A DNA stretch of 56,562 bases from the IMG/VR virus record IMGVR_UViG_3300045988_087505, positions 1 to 56,562 of that record; one strand, 5' to 3'. A model generated the notes under the pieces. It ran no database searches and had not been told where the DNA came from. It was given only the letters and a program-made list of their open reading frames with translations. This document shows, piece by piece, positions 35,331 to 44,626 of this stretch. The translations under genes were made by a program, and so were the position numbers. The stretch's first letter is position 1. Every line of letters begins with the position of its first letter. The DNA comes from a virus.

Positions 35331-36008
35331 ATGGCAGGAGAAAAAATAGAGAAGATCGTCCCGGATGATTCCGAGATTTTCGACAACGAAATAGATGCAT
35401 TCTTAAATGTTTTTTGCAAGGAAAACAAAATAGAAGACATGTCTAAAGAGCCGCAGAGCAGATGGAACGCCTGCCTTATGTTTATTTATAAAAATGTTTT
35501 TAAAGGCACAGATAAATTAAAACTCAAAGGTAAACTGGAAGGTTATAATAATATTAATAATTACCTCAATAATTCTAATTGTGGAGCATATAATATTAAA
35601 AAAGTTAATGAAATATGCGATTATTATATATATTTATGTAATATGTATGATAAAGAGATTAGTATTATGGGATTCTGTAAATTAACAGGTATAGAACATT
35701 GCACTATTAATTTTTGGGGAGCTGGAAACAGGAAGCTGTTAAGTACTGCGGGCAAAGAAATTTATGAAAAACTTGTTACAGAACGTGAAGAAAGTTTGTC
35801 GAACAAGTTAGCAACCGGTAATAAAAATCCAGTTGGAATTTTGGCAATTCTTAACAGGCATTACGCATGGAACCTTCCAGGCGTTTCTAGGGAGCAGGTG
35901 CAGAAGCAGCAACTCACAGCAGAGGACATTAAACAGCAGCTGCTGCAACAAAAGCAACCGGGAAATTCACTAGAATTGTCAGACAGCAACATGGATTCCG
36001 GACCGTAA
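35331..36008 (+). CDS. terS: Terminase small subunit
   Basis: NPVGILAILNRHYAWNLPG motif typical of Firmicutes TerS. It is the first gene after the late promoter. Confidence 0.65.
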   Translation: MAGEKIEKIVPDDSEIFDNEIDAFLNVFCKENKIEDMSKEPQSRWNACLMFIYKNVFKGTDKLKLKGKLEGYNNINNYLNNSNCGAYNIKKVNEICDYYIYLCNMYDKEISIMGFCKLTGIEHCTINFWGAGNRKLLSTAGKEIYEKLVTEREESLSNKLATGNKNPVGILAILNRHYAWNLPGVSREQVQKQQLTAEDIKQQLLQQKQPGNSLELSDSNMDSGP

Positions 36009-36297
36009 AGCTGTTAAAAAACATATACACAATTAAAGACAATTTAAGAACCCTTTAAATACAAGGCTTTTAATGGTTTTAATATGTCTGATTTATCGGT
36101 TAAACTTAAATTTTTCCGATAAATAGGATAGACAAAGAAACAATAAAAAGAATATTCAGAAAACAAGGCGGACGATGCCGGCATGGGGTGGGGGTTTTAA
36201 ATACCCGCATATGCCACCCAACTAAGCAGCCTAAATTCAGAAAAAATAAAAAAGGGTTAGAAATAGTTTCTTGATTTCTTGTGAAGAATAAAAACAT

Positions 36298-36369
36298 TGG
36301 GCTATCGCCAAGTGGTAAGGCACAGGACTTTGACTCCTGGATGCGTCGGTTCGAATCCGACTAGCCTAG
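36298..36369 (+). tRNA. tRNA-Gln (anticodon UUG)
   Basis: 72-nt cloverleaf folded by hand: TGGGCTA/TAGCCTA acceptor, anticodon arm CAGGA-CTTTGAC-TCCTG, T arm GTCGG-TTCGAAT-CCGAC. It closely parallels bacterial tRNA-Gln. Confidence 0.9.
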
Positions 36370-36519
36370 CTAGGTGGAATAAAACCACCGCGATCATATT
36401 ATCAATTAAATCCTTTCGCCCATTAGCAAAAAGCTGGTAAGGGTACTAAGTACCCGATGGGTAAAAACCATGATTTGACTGGTGTTTAACTTTTTGTTGG
36501 ATGCCGGTCAAATGTTCAA
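36370..36519 (+). ncRNA. Structured non-coding spacer (possibly one more degenerate tRNA-like fold at 36406..36478)
   Basis: GGTGG/CCACC hairpin; GCCCAT/ATGGGT enclosing the GGGTAC-taa-GTACCC palindrome; TTTGACTGG/CCGGTCAAA stem; no credible ORF. Confidence 0.4.
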
Positions 36520-36708
36520 GAATCAATAGCTCAAAATGGAAAGAGCGTGGTAAAACGAATGCCAGTCGCAGTCCGGGGTTCCAGAAGCACCGAAAGGCAA
36601 AAATTAGCTGAAGTTGGTGAAATTCCATTTGTGTGGTGACGTAGGGAAGCGGGTAATCCCTGGGATAAGCTTAGGAAACGAGTGCGGGTTCGAATCCCGT
36701 TTGATTCA
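36520..36708 (+). ncRNA. tRNA-like element (Arg-ACG-like frame) with a ~115-nt insertion between the anticodon arm and the T arm
   Basis: Acceptor GAATCAA/TTGATTC; D arm GCTC-aaaatggaaa-GAGC; anticodon arm TGGTA-AAACGAA-TGCCA (A33 instead of U33); T arm GCGGG-TTCGAAT-CCCGT. Confidence 0.35.
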
Positions 36709-36711
36709 TTT

Positions 36712-36795
36712 GCCGATATGGGATAAAGGTAGTCCAGTAGCTTGCTAAGCTATCCAACAGAAATGTTGTGCAGGTTCGATTCCTGTCTATTCGGT
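36712..36795 (+). tRNA. tRNA-Ser(GCU)-like, type II, with an imperfect acceptor stem
   Basis: Anticodon arm GTAGC-TTGCTAA-GCTAT; long variable arm CAACA-gaaa-TGTTG; T arm GCAGG-TTCGATT-CCTGT. The acceptor pairs only if one T is bulged. Confidence 0.5.
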
Positions 36796-36818
36796 TAATA
36801 AAAAGAGGAGTGAATATA

Positions 36819-37025
36819 ATGGCGCAAGGCGTACATCCGGTAGACCCGGACAAATTTTCAGAAGCATGTGCAAAATATTTAAACAGAGAATGCAACATGA
36901 TTGATGCATCTAAAATTGCGGGAATGAGTCCGCCGACATTTTCAAAATATTTAAAAATTTTGTTGTTGGGTGATAAGTTTCCGGACAATCTTTTTGGAGG
37001 AAAAAGAAATGAAATGGCTGATTAA
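36819..37025 (+). CDS. Small HTH-like protein (68 aa)
   Basis: GAGGAG RBS; IDASKIAGMSPPTFSKYLK. Confidence 0.55.
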   Translation: MAQGVHPVDPDKFSEACAKYLNRECNMIDASKIAGMSPPTFSKYLKILLLGDKFPDNLFGGKRNEMAD

Positions 37026-37242
37026 TTTATGGATTAGACGCAAAACAAAGAATCTGACAAGAATACCGCTTTTTACAATGTTATTTAATTATCGCAAGTA
37101 TAAGACGCAGGGAAAGAAAGATAGTTGCACGTTTTATGGGCACCCGGATATTGCCAATGATGAATTTGTAAAGAGCAAATTACAGGAAGTTGTTGACTAT
37201 ATCAGAGATAACTATGATTTGGATATATTTACGAAGATTTGA
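37009..37242 (+). CDS. Hypothetical protein (77 aa)
   Basis: GGAGGA RBS before the ATG at 37009. Confidence 0.55.
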   Translation: MKWLINLWIRRKTKNLTRIPLFTMLFNYRKYKTQGKKDSCTFYGHPDIANDEFVKSKLQEVVDYIRDNYDLDIFTKI

Positions 37243-37250
37243 GGTGCAAT

Positions 37251-37727
37251 ATGAAAGATTGCTCGATTTGTAAATATTGCGATATAGATTATGATTTTGA
37301 CCAAGAAGAATGTGACGAATATCCAATATATATTTGCCAAAAAAGAAACGACACATCACTTGATTACAAGTGTAAAGACTTTGAACAATACAAGCCACAA
37401 AAATATAAAGAGAAAAATACAGAATGCGATATATGCGAATACAGAGAAAAATGTGCAAAATATAGTTCTGGGATAGACTGTACAACCAGCGGAGATACAA
37501 AAACACATATTATTTATCCGCAAGACAAATGTATTAAAAGAGCTTATGATTGTACAGATTTTAATGATAGCTTAGAACATAGACATATTGATATGGACCA
37601 ATGGTTTAGAACTGTTAATATGCCTACAAATGAAGAAATAAAAGCATTTAAAAAGGCAAAAGAACTAGGTGTTGAGATACCTAAGAATGTTGAAAGCTAT
37701 TTCAAAGAATATGGGATTGAGGCGTAA
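37251..37727 (+). CDS. Cys-rich hypothetical protein
   Basis: Multiple CxxC pairs (CSICKYC, CDICEYREKC). Confidence 0.6.
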   Translation: MKDCSICKYCDIDYDFDQEECDEYPIYICQKRNDTSLDYKCKDFEQYKPQKYKEKNTECDICEYREKCAKYSSGIDCTTSGDTKTHIIYPQDKCIKRAYDCTDFNDSLEHRHIDMDQWFRTVNMPTNEEIKAFKKAKELGVEIPKNVESYFKEYGIEA

Positions 37728-37728
37728 T

Positions 37729-37971
37729 ATGTGCGAATTTTGCAAACAAAAATTTAATGAACATGATTTAGCGTTTGAGGTAAAAGAACTGTCTGAAAGA
37801 AAAGAAAGCAAATATAACGAGGGCTGCTATACCGGAATACAGGTATTTGTTAGTGCTGAGGATAGCACACTAAATATAGTTGCTTGCCTTGATAACGAAC
37901 ATATAAAGCCTTTAGTTATGACTAAGGCTGTAAAGATTAATTATTGCCCTATCTGCGGTAGAAAGTTATAG
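37729..37971 (+). CDS. MCxFC...YCPxCGRKL zinc-ribbon protein, paralogue 1
   Basis: N-terminal MCEFCK and C-terminal NYCPICGRKL. Confidence 0.65.
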   Translation: MCEFCKQKFNEHDLAFEVKELSERKESKYNEGCYTGIQVFVSAEDSTLNIVACLDNEHIKPLVMTKAVKINYCPICGRKL

Positions 37972-37981
37972 GAGTGATGAT

Positions 37982-38206
37982 ATGTGTGAATTTTGCAGAG
38001 AATGGCACGGCGAAGATACGATTTGCGGTTCTGAAATGCCGATTTTTTCATGTGGCAATCGGAACAGCAAATTGACAGAAGCACAACTTCTCAAAAACAC
38101 TGCTGATGATGACACAGGGGTTGTGATTTACGAACAAGGAAGACCATCTGGATATTTCAAAATTAGATATTGCCCTATGTGTGGTAGAAAGCTGAGGGAG
38201 GACTAA
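37982..38206 (+). CDS. MCxFC...YCPxCGRKL zinc-ribbon protein, paralogue 2
   Basis: MCEFCR...RYCPMCGRKL. Confidence 0.65.
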   Translation: MCEFCREWHGEDTICGSEMPIFSCGNRNSKLTEAQLLKNTADDDTGVVIYEQGRPSGYFKIRYCPMCGRKLRED

Positions 38207-38208
38207 GT

Positions 38209-38400
38209 ATGTGTGATTTTTGCAAAGATATAGCAACGAACGATGATGAATATATGAAAAAAAGATACACCGGCGGAGATTTTATTTGCAAAGATGAAAA
38301 TGGATTTGGAGTGTTGATTGACACAGGAGACAGTGGTTGCCTTGGATATATAAATATCAATTATTGCCCTATTTGTGGTAGAAAGTTGGTGGAAGAATGA
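38209..38400 (+). CDS. MCxFC...YCPxCGRKL zinc-ribbon protein, paralogue 3
   Basis: MCDFCK...NYCPICGRKL. Confidence 0.65.
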   Translation: MCDFCKDIATNDDEYMKKRYTGGDFICKDENGFGVLIDTGDSGCLGYININYCPICGRKLVEE

Positions 38401-38678
38401 GCAATATGCATAAATTCAAAGTAGAACCAATAGAAGGGCGCCAGGGATGTGCTAGAGTTACGATTGATGGCGAAAAGTGCTTATGTAGTTCGTATAAAAT
38501 AGAACATTATGCCGGGGAGCTTCCGATGGTCAATGTAAATCTTGTTGCCGACGTGCAATATGAGCAAAATGCAGAAATCAACATTGTAAACTTGCGCGAA
38601 ATAGCTTCACTGATGGACAAGAAAACATTCAAGGAGTTTTGCAGAACTTGGGAGGATATTCACGGTGAAACACAGTAA
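38397..38678 (+). CDS. Hypothetical protein (93 aa)
   Basis: ATGA overlap with the upstream gene. Confidence 0.6.
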   Translation: MSNMHKFKVEPIEGRQGCARVTIDGEKCLCSSYKIEHYAGELPMVNVNLVADVQYEQNAEINIVNLREIASLMDKKTFKEFCRTWEDIHGETQ

Positions 38679-38947
38679 AGAATGGCACACTTGCGACAGA
38701 TGCGGTGCAGAAATAGTTCACAGGAAAAGAAACGAAATGAAACGGAGTTAGTCGCTACCTTAAAACAAGACGAAGAAAATAGTCTTTAAATAATTTCCGA
38801 AACACTAAGAGGTGCGTACAATATTGGTGTGCTAAGAATAGCTTTTACTACTGACTACGCATATTACCGGCTACAGATTGATTGTAGTTGCTAACCTAAA
38901 ACAATTATAGGCAGAGGTCTATAAGGCACTTCTGCTAAAAGGCGGAG

Positions 38948-40720
38948 GTGCTTTTCTTGAATTCTGAATTAGAATCACTGATAAATGATTGTGAAAAATA
39001 CATTACCCAAAACGGAATAGATGAAAATGTCATAAATGCTTATTGTGATGTGTGCCAGTTGGCTAAGAATGAGAAAGAAACCGACACTATGCTTAGATGT
39101 ACGGATAGGACGAAAACTCTTATTAACAGCTATTGCAAGGCACAATTCGGCGATAAAGGCATATGGGATGTAGAAAAGGTTATACAGGACAGCGGGAGTG
39201 AATATGAACTGCTTAATCAATTCTACGAAATACTAAAATTAGAATCCTATTATCGACTTGAAAGTTTTATTTACTATATGGAACGCAAGCGGTCATATGG
39301 AAAGAGATTTTATTATCCAAGGCGAAAGACATTAAAGATAGTCATACAGGACTTAGAGGACTTGGAAAACAGAAAGATTAAGTTTTACGGATTGTCAATG
39401 CCATCAAGAGTTGGAAAGTCTACTATTTGTATATTTTTTCTTTCTTGGATAGCATTACGCAGACCAAACAGCCATAGTGCAATGGGCGGTCACTCTGGAA
39501 TACTTGCTAAAGGGTTCTATAAGGAACTTATGAACCTTTTTACAACAGAAGAATATACATTTGAGGAATTATCCTCATACTGGCACCCAGAATATGCCAA
39601 TAAACCATTGCCAACAGATAAGTCTGCTGACGAATTTACAATCACTCTTGGCGACCCTGATAGATTTGCAACAGTTACCTGTAGAGGTATAGACGGAACG
39701 TGGACAGGTGCGGTCGATGTATCTAAGGACGGATATTTATATGTAGATGATTTGGTAAGAGACAGAGAACATTCATTATCGCCTAGTCGAATGGAAAACA
39801 CATTCCAAGAATACCTAAATAAGATGGTTGACCGAAAGAATGATGGAGCCAGGGAATTAATGGTCGGTACATTATGGAATGTCCTTGACCCACTAGAACG
39901 CCTTAGAAAGCAATATGAGAATGACCCACAATATAGATTCAGGCGAATACCCGCACTTAATGAGAATGATGAAAGCAATTTTGATTATGAAATCAACGGA
40001 TTTTCCACGGAATATTATAAAGATATGCGTGAAAAACTTGATAAAGCTGAATGGATGGCTAAATTTATGCAAAAGCCATTCGTGCGTGAAGGGTTGCTGT
40101 TTCCGGAAAACGAACTAAGGTTCTTTAATGGAGATTTTGAAGAGGATATTGTTGATAAGGAACGAAAGATGATAGCGGTGTGTGACCCGGCATTTGGCGG
40201 CGCAGATAACTTGTCAATGCCAGTATGTGCGGATTTTGGCGGCAAACGCAAGTATATCGTTGACTGGGTATATAAAAAGGGCACACAGGCAGTCACAGTT
40301 CCGTTGGTTGTAGCAGCTATTAAGAAGCACTACATAACAGAACTGCACATAGAACAGAATGCCGGAGGTAAATTAATGACTGATAGTATCAAAGCAGAAA
40401 TGAGAAAGCAAAATATTTATTTCTGTCAGATAGTTCCATATTATGCAAATACCAAAATGCCTAAAGAGGAAAAAATCAAAGGATATTCTGACAGAGTTAA
40501 GGAATTATTCATTTTTCTTGTTAGCAGACAGTACCTAGCTATTGATGACAGGCCAACTTACATAAGGTCACAGATGTACCAAGATGCGATGGACGAATTT
40601 ACAATGTATACATCAGAGGGCAAAAATCCACACGATGATGCAAGCGATTCTATTACACAGCTTGCAATAGTTGCAGACAAAAAAGCGACACAGACAATCA
40701 TTATGTCAAGTCCAATATAG
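38948..40720 (+). CDS. terL: Terminase large subunit
   Basis: Walker A-like GLSMPSRVGKST, an ATPase plus nuclease-sized protein immediately upstream of the portal region. The start (GTG 38948 or TTG 38957) is uncertain. Confidence 0.8.
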   Translation: MLFLNSELESLINDCEKYITQNGIDENVINAYCDVCQLAKNEKETDTMLRCTDRTKTLINSYCKAQFGDKGIWDVEKVIQDSGSEYELLNQFYEILKLESYYRLESFIYYMERKRSYGKRFYYPRRKTLKIVIQDLEDLENRKIKFYGLSMPSRVGKSTICIFFLSWIALRRPNSHSAMGGHSGILAKGFYKELMNLFTTEEYTFEELSSYWHPEYANKPLPTDKSADEFTITLGDPDRFATVTCRGIDGTWTGAVDVSKDGYLYVDDLVRDREHSLSPSRMENTFQEYLNKMVDRKNDGARELMVGTLWNVLDPLERLRKQYENDPQYRFRRIPALNENDESNFDYEINGFSTEYYKDMREKLDKAEWMAKFMQKPFVREGLLFPENELRFFNGDFEEDIVDKERKMIAVCDPAFGGADNLSMPVCADFGGKRKYIVDWVYKKGTQAVTVPLVVAAIKKHYITELHIEQNAGGKLMTDSIKAEMRKQNIYFCQIVPYYANTKMPKEEKIKGYSDRVKELFIFLVSRQYLAIDDRPTYIRSQMYQDAMDEFTMYTSEGKNPHDDASDSITQLAIVADKKATQTIIMSSPI

Positions 40721-40735
40721 GAGGGTTAATCTATT

Positions 40736-41158
40736 ATGACAACAAAGGACTATCTTAATCAAGTAAGCAGGCTTAATATGTTAATAAATAACAAAATAAC
40801 AGAAATTGCACAGTTTAGAGAATTGTCGTGCAGTATATCTGCTATTAGGAATGAAGAAAGAGTAAATTCAAGTCCCAACCAGGACCAAATCGGCACAAGT
40901 ATAGCGAAAATTGACGAAATGGAACGCAATCTTGATAAGATGATAGATGAATATATTGATAAGAAAACCCGCATAATATCTCAAATCCAGAGCATAGAGA
41001 ACAATGATTTCTACGAAGTTTTGTTTGCAAGATATATAGAAAAACTCACTTTTGAAAAAATAGCGAATAAAACCGGATGGTGCTGGAGACAAGTTCACAG
41101 AGTTCACTCTAAAGCATTGCACGATTTCGAAGAAAGATATGGGAAAGAATATTTATAA
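40736..41158 (+). CDS. DUF1492/ArpU-like (sigma-region-4-like) phage transcriptional regulator
   Basis: DFYEVLFARYIEKLTFEKIANKTGWCWRQVHRVHSKALHDFE. Confidence 0.6.
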   Translation: MTTKDYLNQVSRLNMLINNKITEIAQFRELSCSISAIRNEERVNSSPNQDQIGTSIAKIDEMERNLDKMIDEYIDKKTRIISQIQSIENNDFYEVLFARYIEKLTFEKIANKTGWCWRQVHRVHSKALHDFEERYGKEYL

Positions 41159-41272
41159 AGTTGTCATAGAATGTCACATTGATATTATGATATTATTATA
41201 ATGAAAAATATATAAACTCCGGCAAGGGCATCACTTATTTGTGGCGCCTTTTTTGGTTAGAGGATAAGGATT

Positions 41273-41482
41273 ATGGAAATATATAAAAACAAAGATAAAT
41301 CAATTATGTGTCCGAACTGCCACAAGTTTTTAATTAAGGCAGATAGGGAAGATCCACGCACACACAAAATAGCTTGCAAACATTGCGGCAAATGGATTTG
41401 GTATGTGCCGAATGATGATGATAATTTTCAGATTAAAGAAATCCCACGGAGTAGAAACTCAAGTGGTATGACATTTTATTAG
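41273..41482 (+). CDS. Small zinc-ribbon protein (Com-like layout)
   Basis: CPNCHKF...CKHCGK. Confidence 0.5.
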   Translation: MEIYKNKDKSIMCPNCHKFLIKADREDPRTHKIACKHCGKWIWYVPNDDDNFQIKEIPRSRNSSGMTFY

Positions 41483-41484
41483 AG

Positions 41485-43050
41485 GTGCAAGAAATGCAGA
41501 CAGGAAGAATTGTATTAACAACGGATGTTCCGAAAATAACATATGAAAATGTGTTAGATGTCTTAAGGGAAGTATTCCCTTGGCATATTCAAAATGCCAA
41601 CAGAATACAGTATCTTCTTGATTATGATGCGGGAATACAGCCGATAATTAGAAAGAAACCTAAGGCTTACAGACCTGACATTGATTGTGAGTGTGTAGAC
41701 AATGTTGCTCATCAGGCATCAGAATTTTGGACTTCATTCGCTTGGGGAAATCCTATTTCACTTGTGCAGAATGGTGATGGAAAAGAGAAATTCGTCGCAG
41801 ACGGAATATCAGAGCTTAACAAACAGTACGAACTTGCAAAGATTAAAGCAAAGACGCAAGACTTGGGAAGATATGTAACAATCGGGGCGACATGTAATGT
41901 TCTTGTAGATGTAAATATGGAATGGAAAAAGAATAAACCATATTTCACGTTGGACATATTGGACCCGAGAACATCATTTGTAGTGAAATCAAGCTATTAT
42001 TCCGATAAGCGAACAATGATGGGCGTTACTTACAGACATGATAGAATAACTGGAAACAACTACTACACCTGTTTTACAAAAGATTATCGTTTTGAGATAG
42101 TTAATCTTAATGAGATTGCAAATGGAGATTATACGAAAAAAGAAGCATGGAGACATCAGCAAAGAAGCGGAGAAGAAAATCCACTTGGAATTGTGCCGAT
42201 TATAGAGTATTTCCGGTCATATGATAGAATGGGCGTTTGGGAACATCAGAAATCAGAGCTAGATAACCTTAATCTGCTTATTTCTGATTTTACCAATGAT
42301 GTTGAACAGAACACACAAGCTGTTTGGCATACAAACGATGTTGAATTTCCTGTAGAGAGAAAAGTTACAGACAATGAGGATGGCACACAGACTATTGAAG
42401 AAACTGTAAGGAAACCAAAATCTGGCGAATGGATGCAGACTTATACATCGGCGGACGGAAAGACACCAATTGTTGAATCTCTTGCAATTAATTACGATTA
42501 CACAGGGATGCTCAATAACATCCAGTATCGTAGAAATAAGATACTGGAAAAATGCAATGTTCCACTTACAAATGACAATGCGTCTAATATAACAGGCGTT
42601 GCAGCTAGTAACGCAAGTGGATGGGACCATGCAGAAGCAGCGGCAACAAAATTACAGATGATAACCGAAAGTTGCAAAATGGATGAATTAGAGGTAGTCC
42701 TTGCGGCTATTGATAAAAGTCCGTATGTCCCGCAGGATAGTCCATTAAGGCTTATAAGCCTTGAGGATATTGAAATTAATATCAAGAGGCAGAAACTGTA
42801 CGAATTATCAACAAAGGTAAATAGCATAGCCACACTTGTCAAGACAGGCTTTAATGGCGGTAAAGTCCTTAATGCAATTCCTGTATTTGATGACCCTAAC
42901 GAAGTTTGGGAAGCAAGCAAGGAAACAGTCGAAAAAATACAAAAGAGCAACATTAAAGATGATGCAACTAACAATGACCGAACGATGCAAGATTTGAGCG
43001 ACCAAGTTAGCAACAGCCCTCTGATTGATAAGAACAGAACAAATAAATAA
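41485..43050 (+). CDS. Portal protein
   Basis: 521 aa; lies between terL and the scaffold/capsid genes; SPP1 gp6-like layout. Confidence 0.8.
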   Translation: MQEMQTGRIVLTTDVPKITYENVLDVLREVFPWHIQNANRIQYLLDYDAGIQPIIRKKPKAYRPDIDCECVDNVAHQASEFWTSFAWGNPISLVQNGDGKEKFVADGISELNKQYELAKIKAKTQDLGRYVTIGATCNVLVDVNMEWKKNKPYFTLDILDPRTSFVVKSSYYSDKRTMMGVTYRHDRITGNNYYTCFTKDYRFEIVNLNEIANGDYTKKEAWRHQQRSGEENPLGIVPIIEYFRSYDRMGVWEHQKSELDNLNLLISDFTNDVEQNTQAVWHTNDVEFPVERKVTDNEDGTQTIEETVRKPKSGEWMQTYTSADGKTPIVESLAINYDYTGMLNNIQYRRNKILEKCNVPLTNDNASNITGVAASNASGWDHAEAAATKLQMITESCKMDELEVVLAAIDKSPYVPQDSPLRLISLEDIEINIKRQKLYELSTKVNSIATLVKTGFNGGKVLNAIPVFDDPNEVWEASKETVEKIQKSNIKDDATNNDRTMQDLSDQVSNSPLIDKNRTNK

Positions 43051-43166
43051 TCAAGGTATATAGCCGCTGGGAATTATCCTAGTGGCTTTTTATATGCACA
43101 GAGAAGTGGGTAAAACACAATGAGACAGAGAAGTCAAGAAAACACAGAAAAGCGAGGTAACGAAAA

Positions 43167-43733
43167 ATGGCAGATGAAGCTAAATCAACAGTAACCGAAA
43201 ACCCAACAGATACAAAGACAACCGAAGTAAAGCCAAATACACCAACAGTTGAAGAACTGATGGCACAGCTTGCTACAGAAAAGGCAGACAGAGCCAAGGA
43301 AAAGCAGGCACTTGATAAGGCTTTAAAGGAAAAGGGAGAGCTTACTAAGGCTTTAAGAGCGAAGCAGACTACAGAAGAGCAGGAAGCGGAAGCCAAGGCA
43401 GAAGCGGAACGCTTACAGAATGAGAAGTATGAAGAAGCTGTAAAAGAGCTTAATCATATTAAGGCAGTCAATGCTTACAAAAGTGTATCTGAAAAGTCTG
43501 TAGAAAAACTGATTGATGCAGTTTCGGACGCAGACCATAACACTATTGCAGCAATTATAGAAGCTGAAAAGAAAGCAGCAGTCGCAGAAGCACAGACCGA
43601 ATGGATGAAATCAAGACCTAGAGTTAATGCAGGCGGAGAATATTCCGGCATGACAAAGGAACAGATTATGGCTATTCCGGACAGAAATGAGCGTAGAAAA
43701 GCTATTGCTATGAATATGGATTTATTTAATTAG
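43167..43733 (+). CDS. Scaffolding protein
   Basis: Alpha-helical, K/E/A-rich coiled coil immediately upstream of the capsid gene. Confidence 0.75.
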   Translation: MADEAKSTVTENPTDTKTTEVKPNTPTVEELMAQLATEKADRAKEKQALDKALKEKGELTKALRAKQTTEEQEAEAKAEAERLQNEKYEEAVKELNHIKAVNAYKSVSEKSVEKLIDAVSDADHNTIAAIIEAEKKAAVAEAQTEWMKSRPRVNAGGEYSGMTKEQIMAIPDRNERRKAIAMNMDLFN

Positions 43734-43742
43734 GAGGTAAAT

Positions 43743-44615
43743 ATGGCGGCAGAAGAAAATTTAATTAAGAAAGCTGACCTTGTAAGAGCAAGAGAGGTTG
43801 AGTTTGTAAACATTTTTAGTGAAAACATCAAGAAGTTAATTGAGGCACTTGGAGTAACAAGAAAGATTCCAAAGCAGGCAGGATACACATTAAAGTCCTA
43901 CAAGGCTACAGGAACACTTGAAAACGGAGAAGTCGCAGAGGGCGAAACAATCCCACTCTCTAAGTATCAGACAGTTGCAGTAAACTACAAGGAAATCACT
44001 TTAAAGAAGTGGAGAAAGGCCACATCGGCAGAGGCGATTATCAGTGGAGGCTATGACCAGGCGGTACAGATGACAACTGACAGAATGTTACTTGACGTTC
44101 AGAAGGGCATCAGAGGTGACTTCTTTACATTCCTTGCAACAGGTACAGGAACAGCAACAGGCGTAGGTTTTCAGGCAGCACTTGCGCAGGCCTGGGGACA
44201 GTTACAGGTTAAGTTTGAAGACGATTCAATCGAAGCCGTGTATTTTATGAACCCACTTGATGTAGCCGATTATCTTGCTAAAGCACAGATTACATTACAG
44301 ACAGCATTTGGCATGACCTATGTAGAGAATTTCCTCGGTCTTGGAACTGTTATTTTTGACAGCAAAGTACCAAAGGGAACCATCTACGCAACAGCAAAAG
44401 ACAATATCGTACTGTATTACATTCCTGTTAATGGTGCAGACCTTGGAGAAGCGTTTGATTTCACATCAGACCAGACAGGCCTTATCGGCATCCATGAAAC
44501 ACCTGATTATACGAACATGACAGCTTCTGACACAGTAGTTTCAGGCATTGTACTTTTTGCTGAAAGACTTGACGGAATTATTAAGTCTACAATCACAGAG
44601 GCAGAAGCGGCGTAA
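43743..44615 (+). CDS. Major capsid protein
   Basis: 290 aa; position and sequence style of Firmicutes siphophage coat proteins. Confidence 0.8.
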   Translation: MAAEENLIKKADLVRAREVEFVNIFSENIKKLIEALGVTRKIPKQAGYTLKSYKATGTLENGEVAEGETIPLSKYQTVAVNYKEITLKKWRKATSAEAIISGGYDQAVQMTTDRMLLDVQKGIRGDFFTFLATGTGTATGVGFQAALAQAWGQLQVKFEDDSIEAVYFMNPLDVADYLAKAQITLQTAFGMTYVENFLGLGTVIFDSKVPKGTIYATAKDNIVLYYIPVNGADLGEAFDFTSDQTGLIGIHETPDYTNMTASDTVVSGIVLFAERLDGIIKSTITEAEAA

Positions 44616-44626
44616 GGAGAATTGTT

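Noticed and set aside
36106-36988. The minus-strand ORFs 36106..36297, 36446..36628 and 36671..36988 might be genes.
   Set aside because: They run antisense across the tRNA / structured-RNA region and into the next plus-strand gene. They have no RBS, and the region is better explained as RNA.
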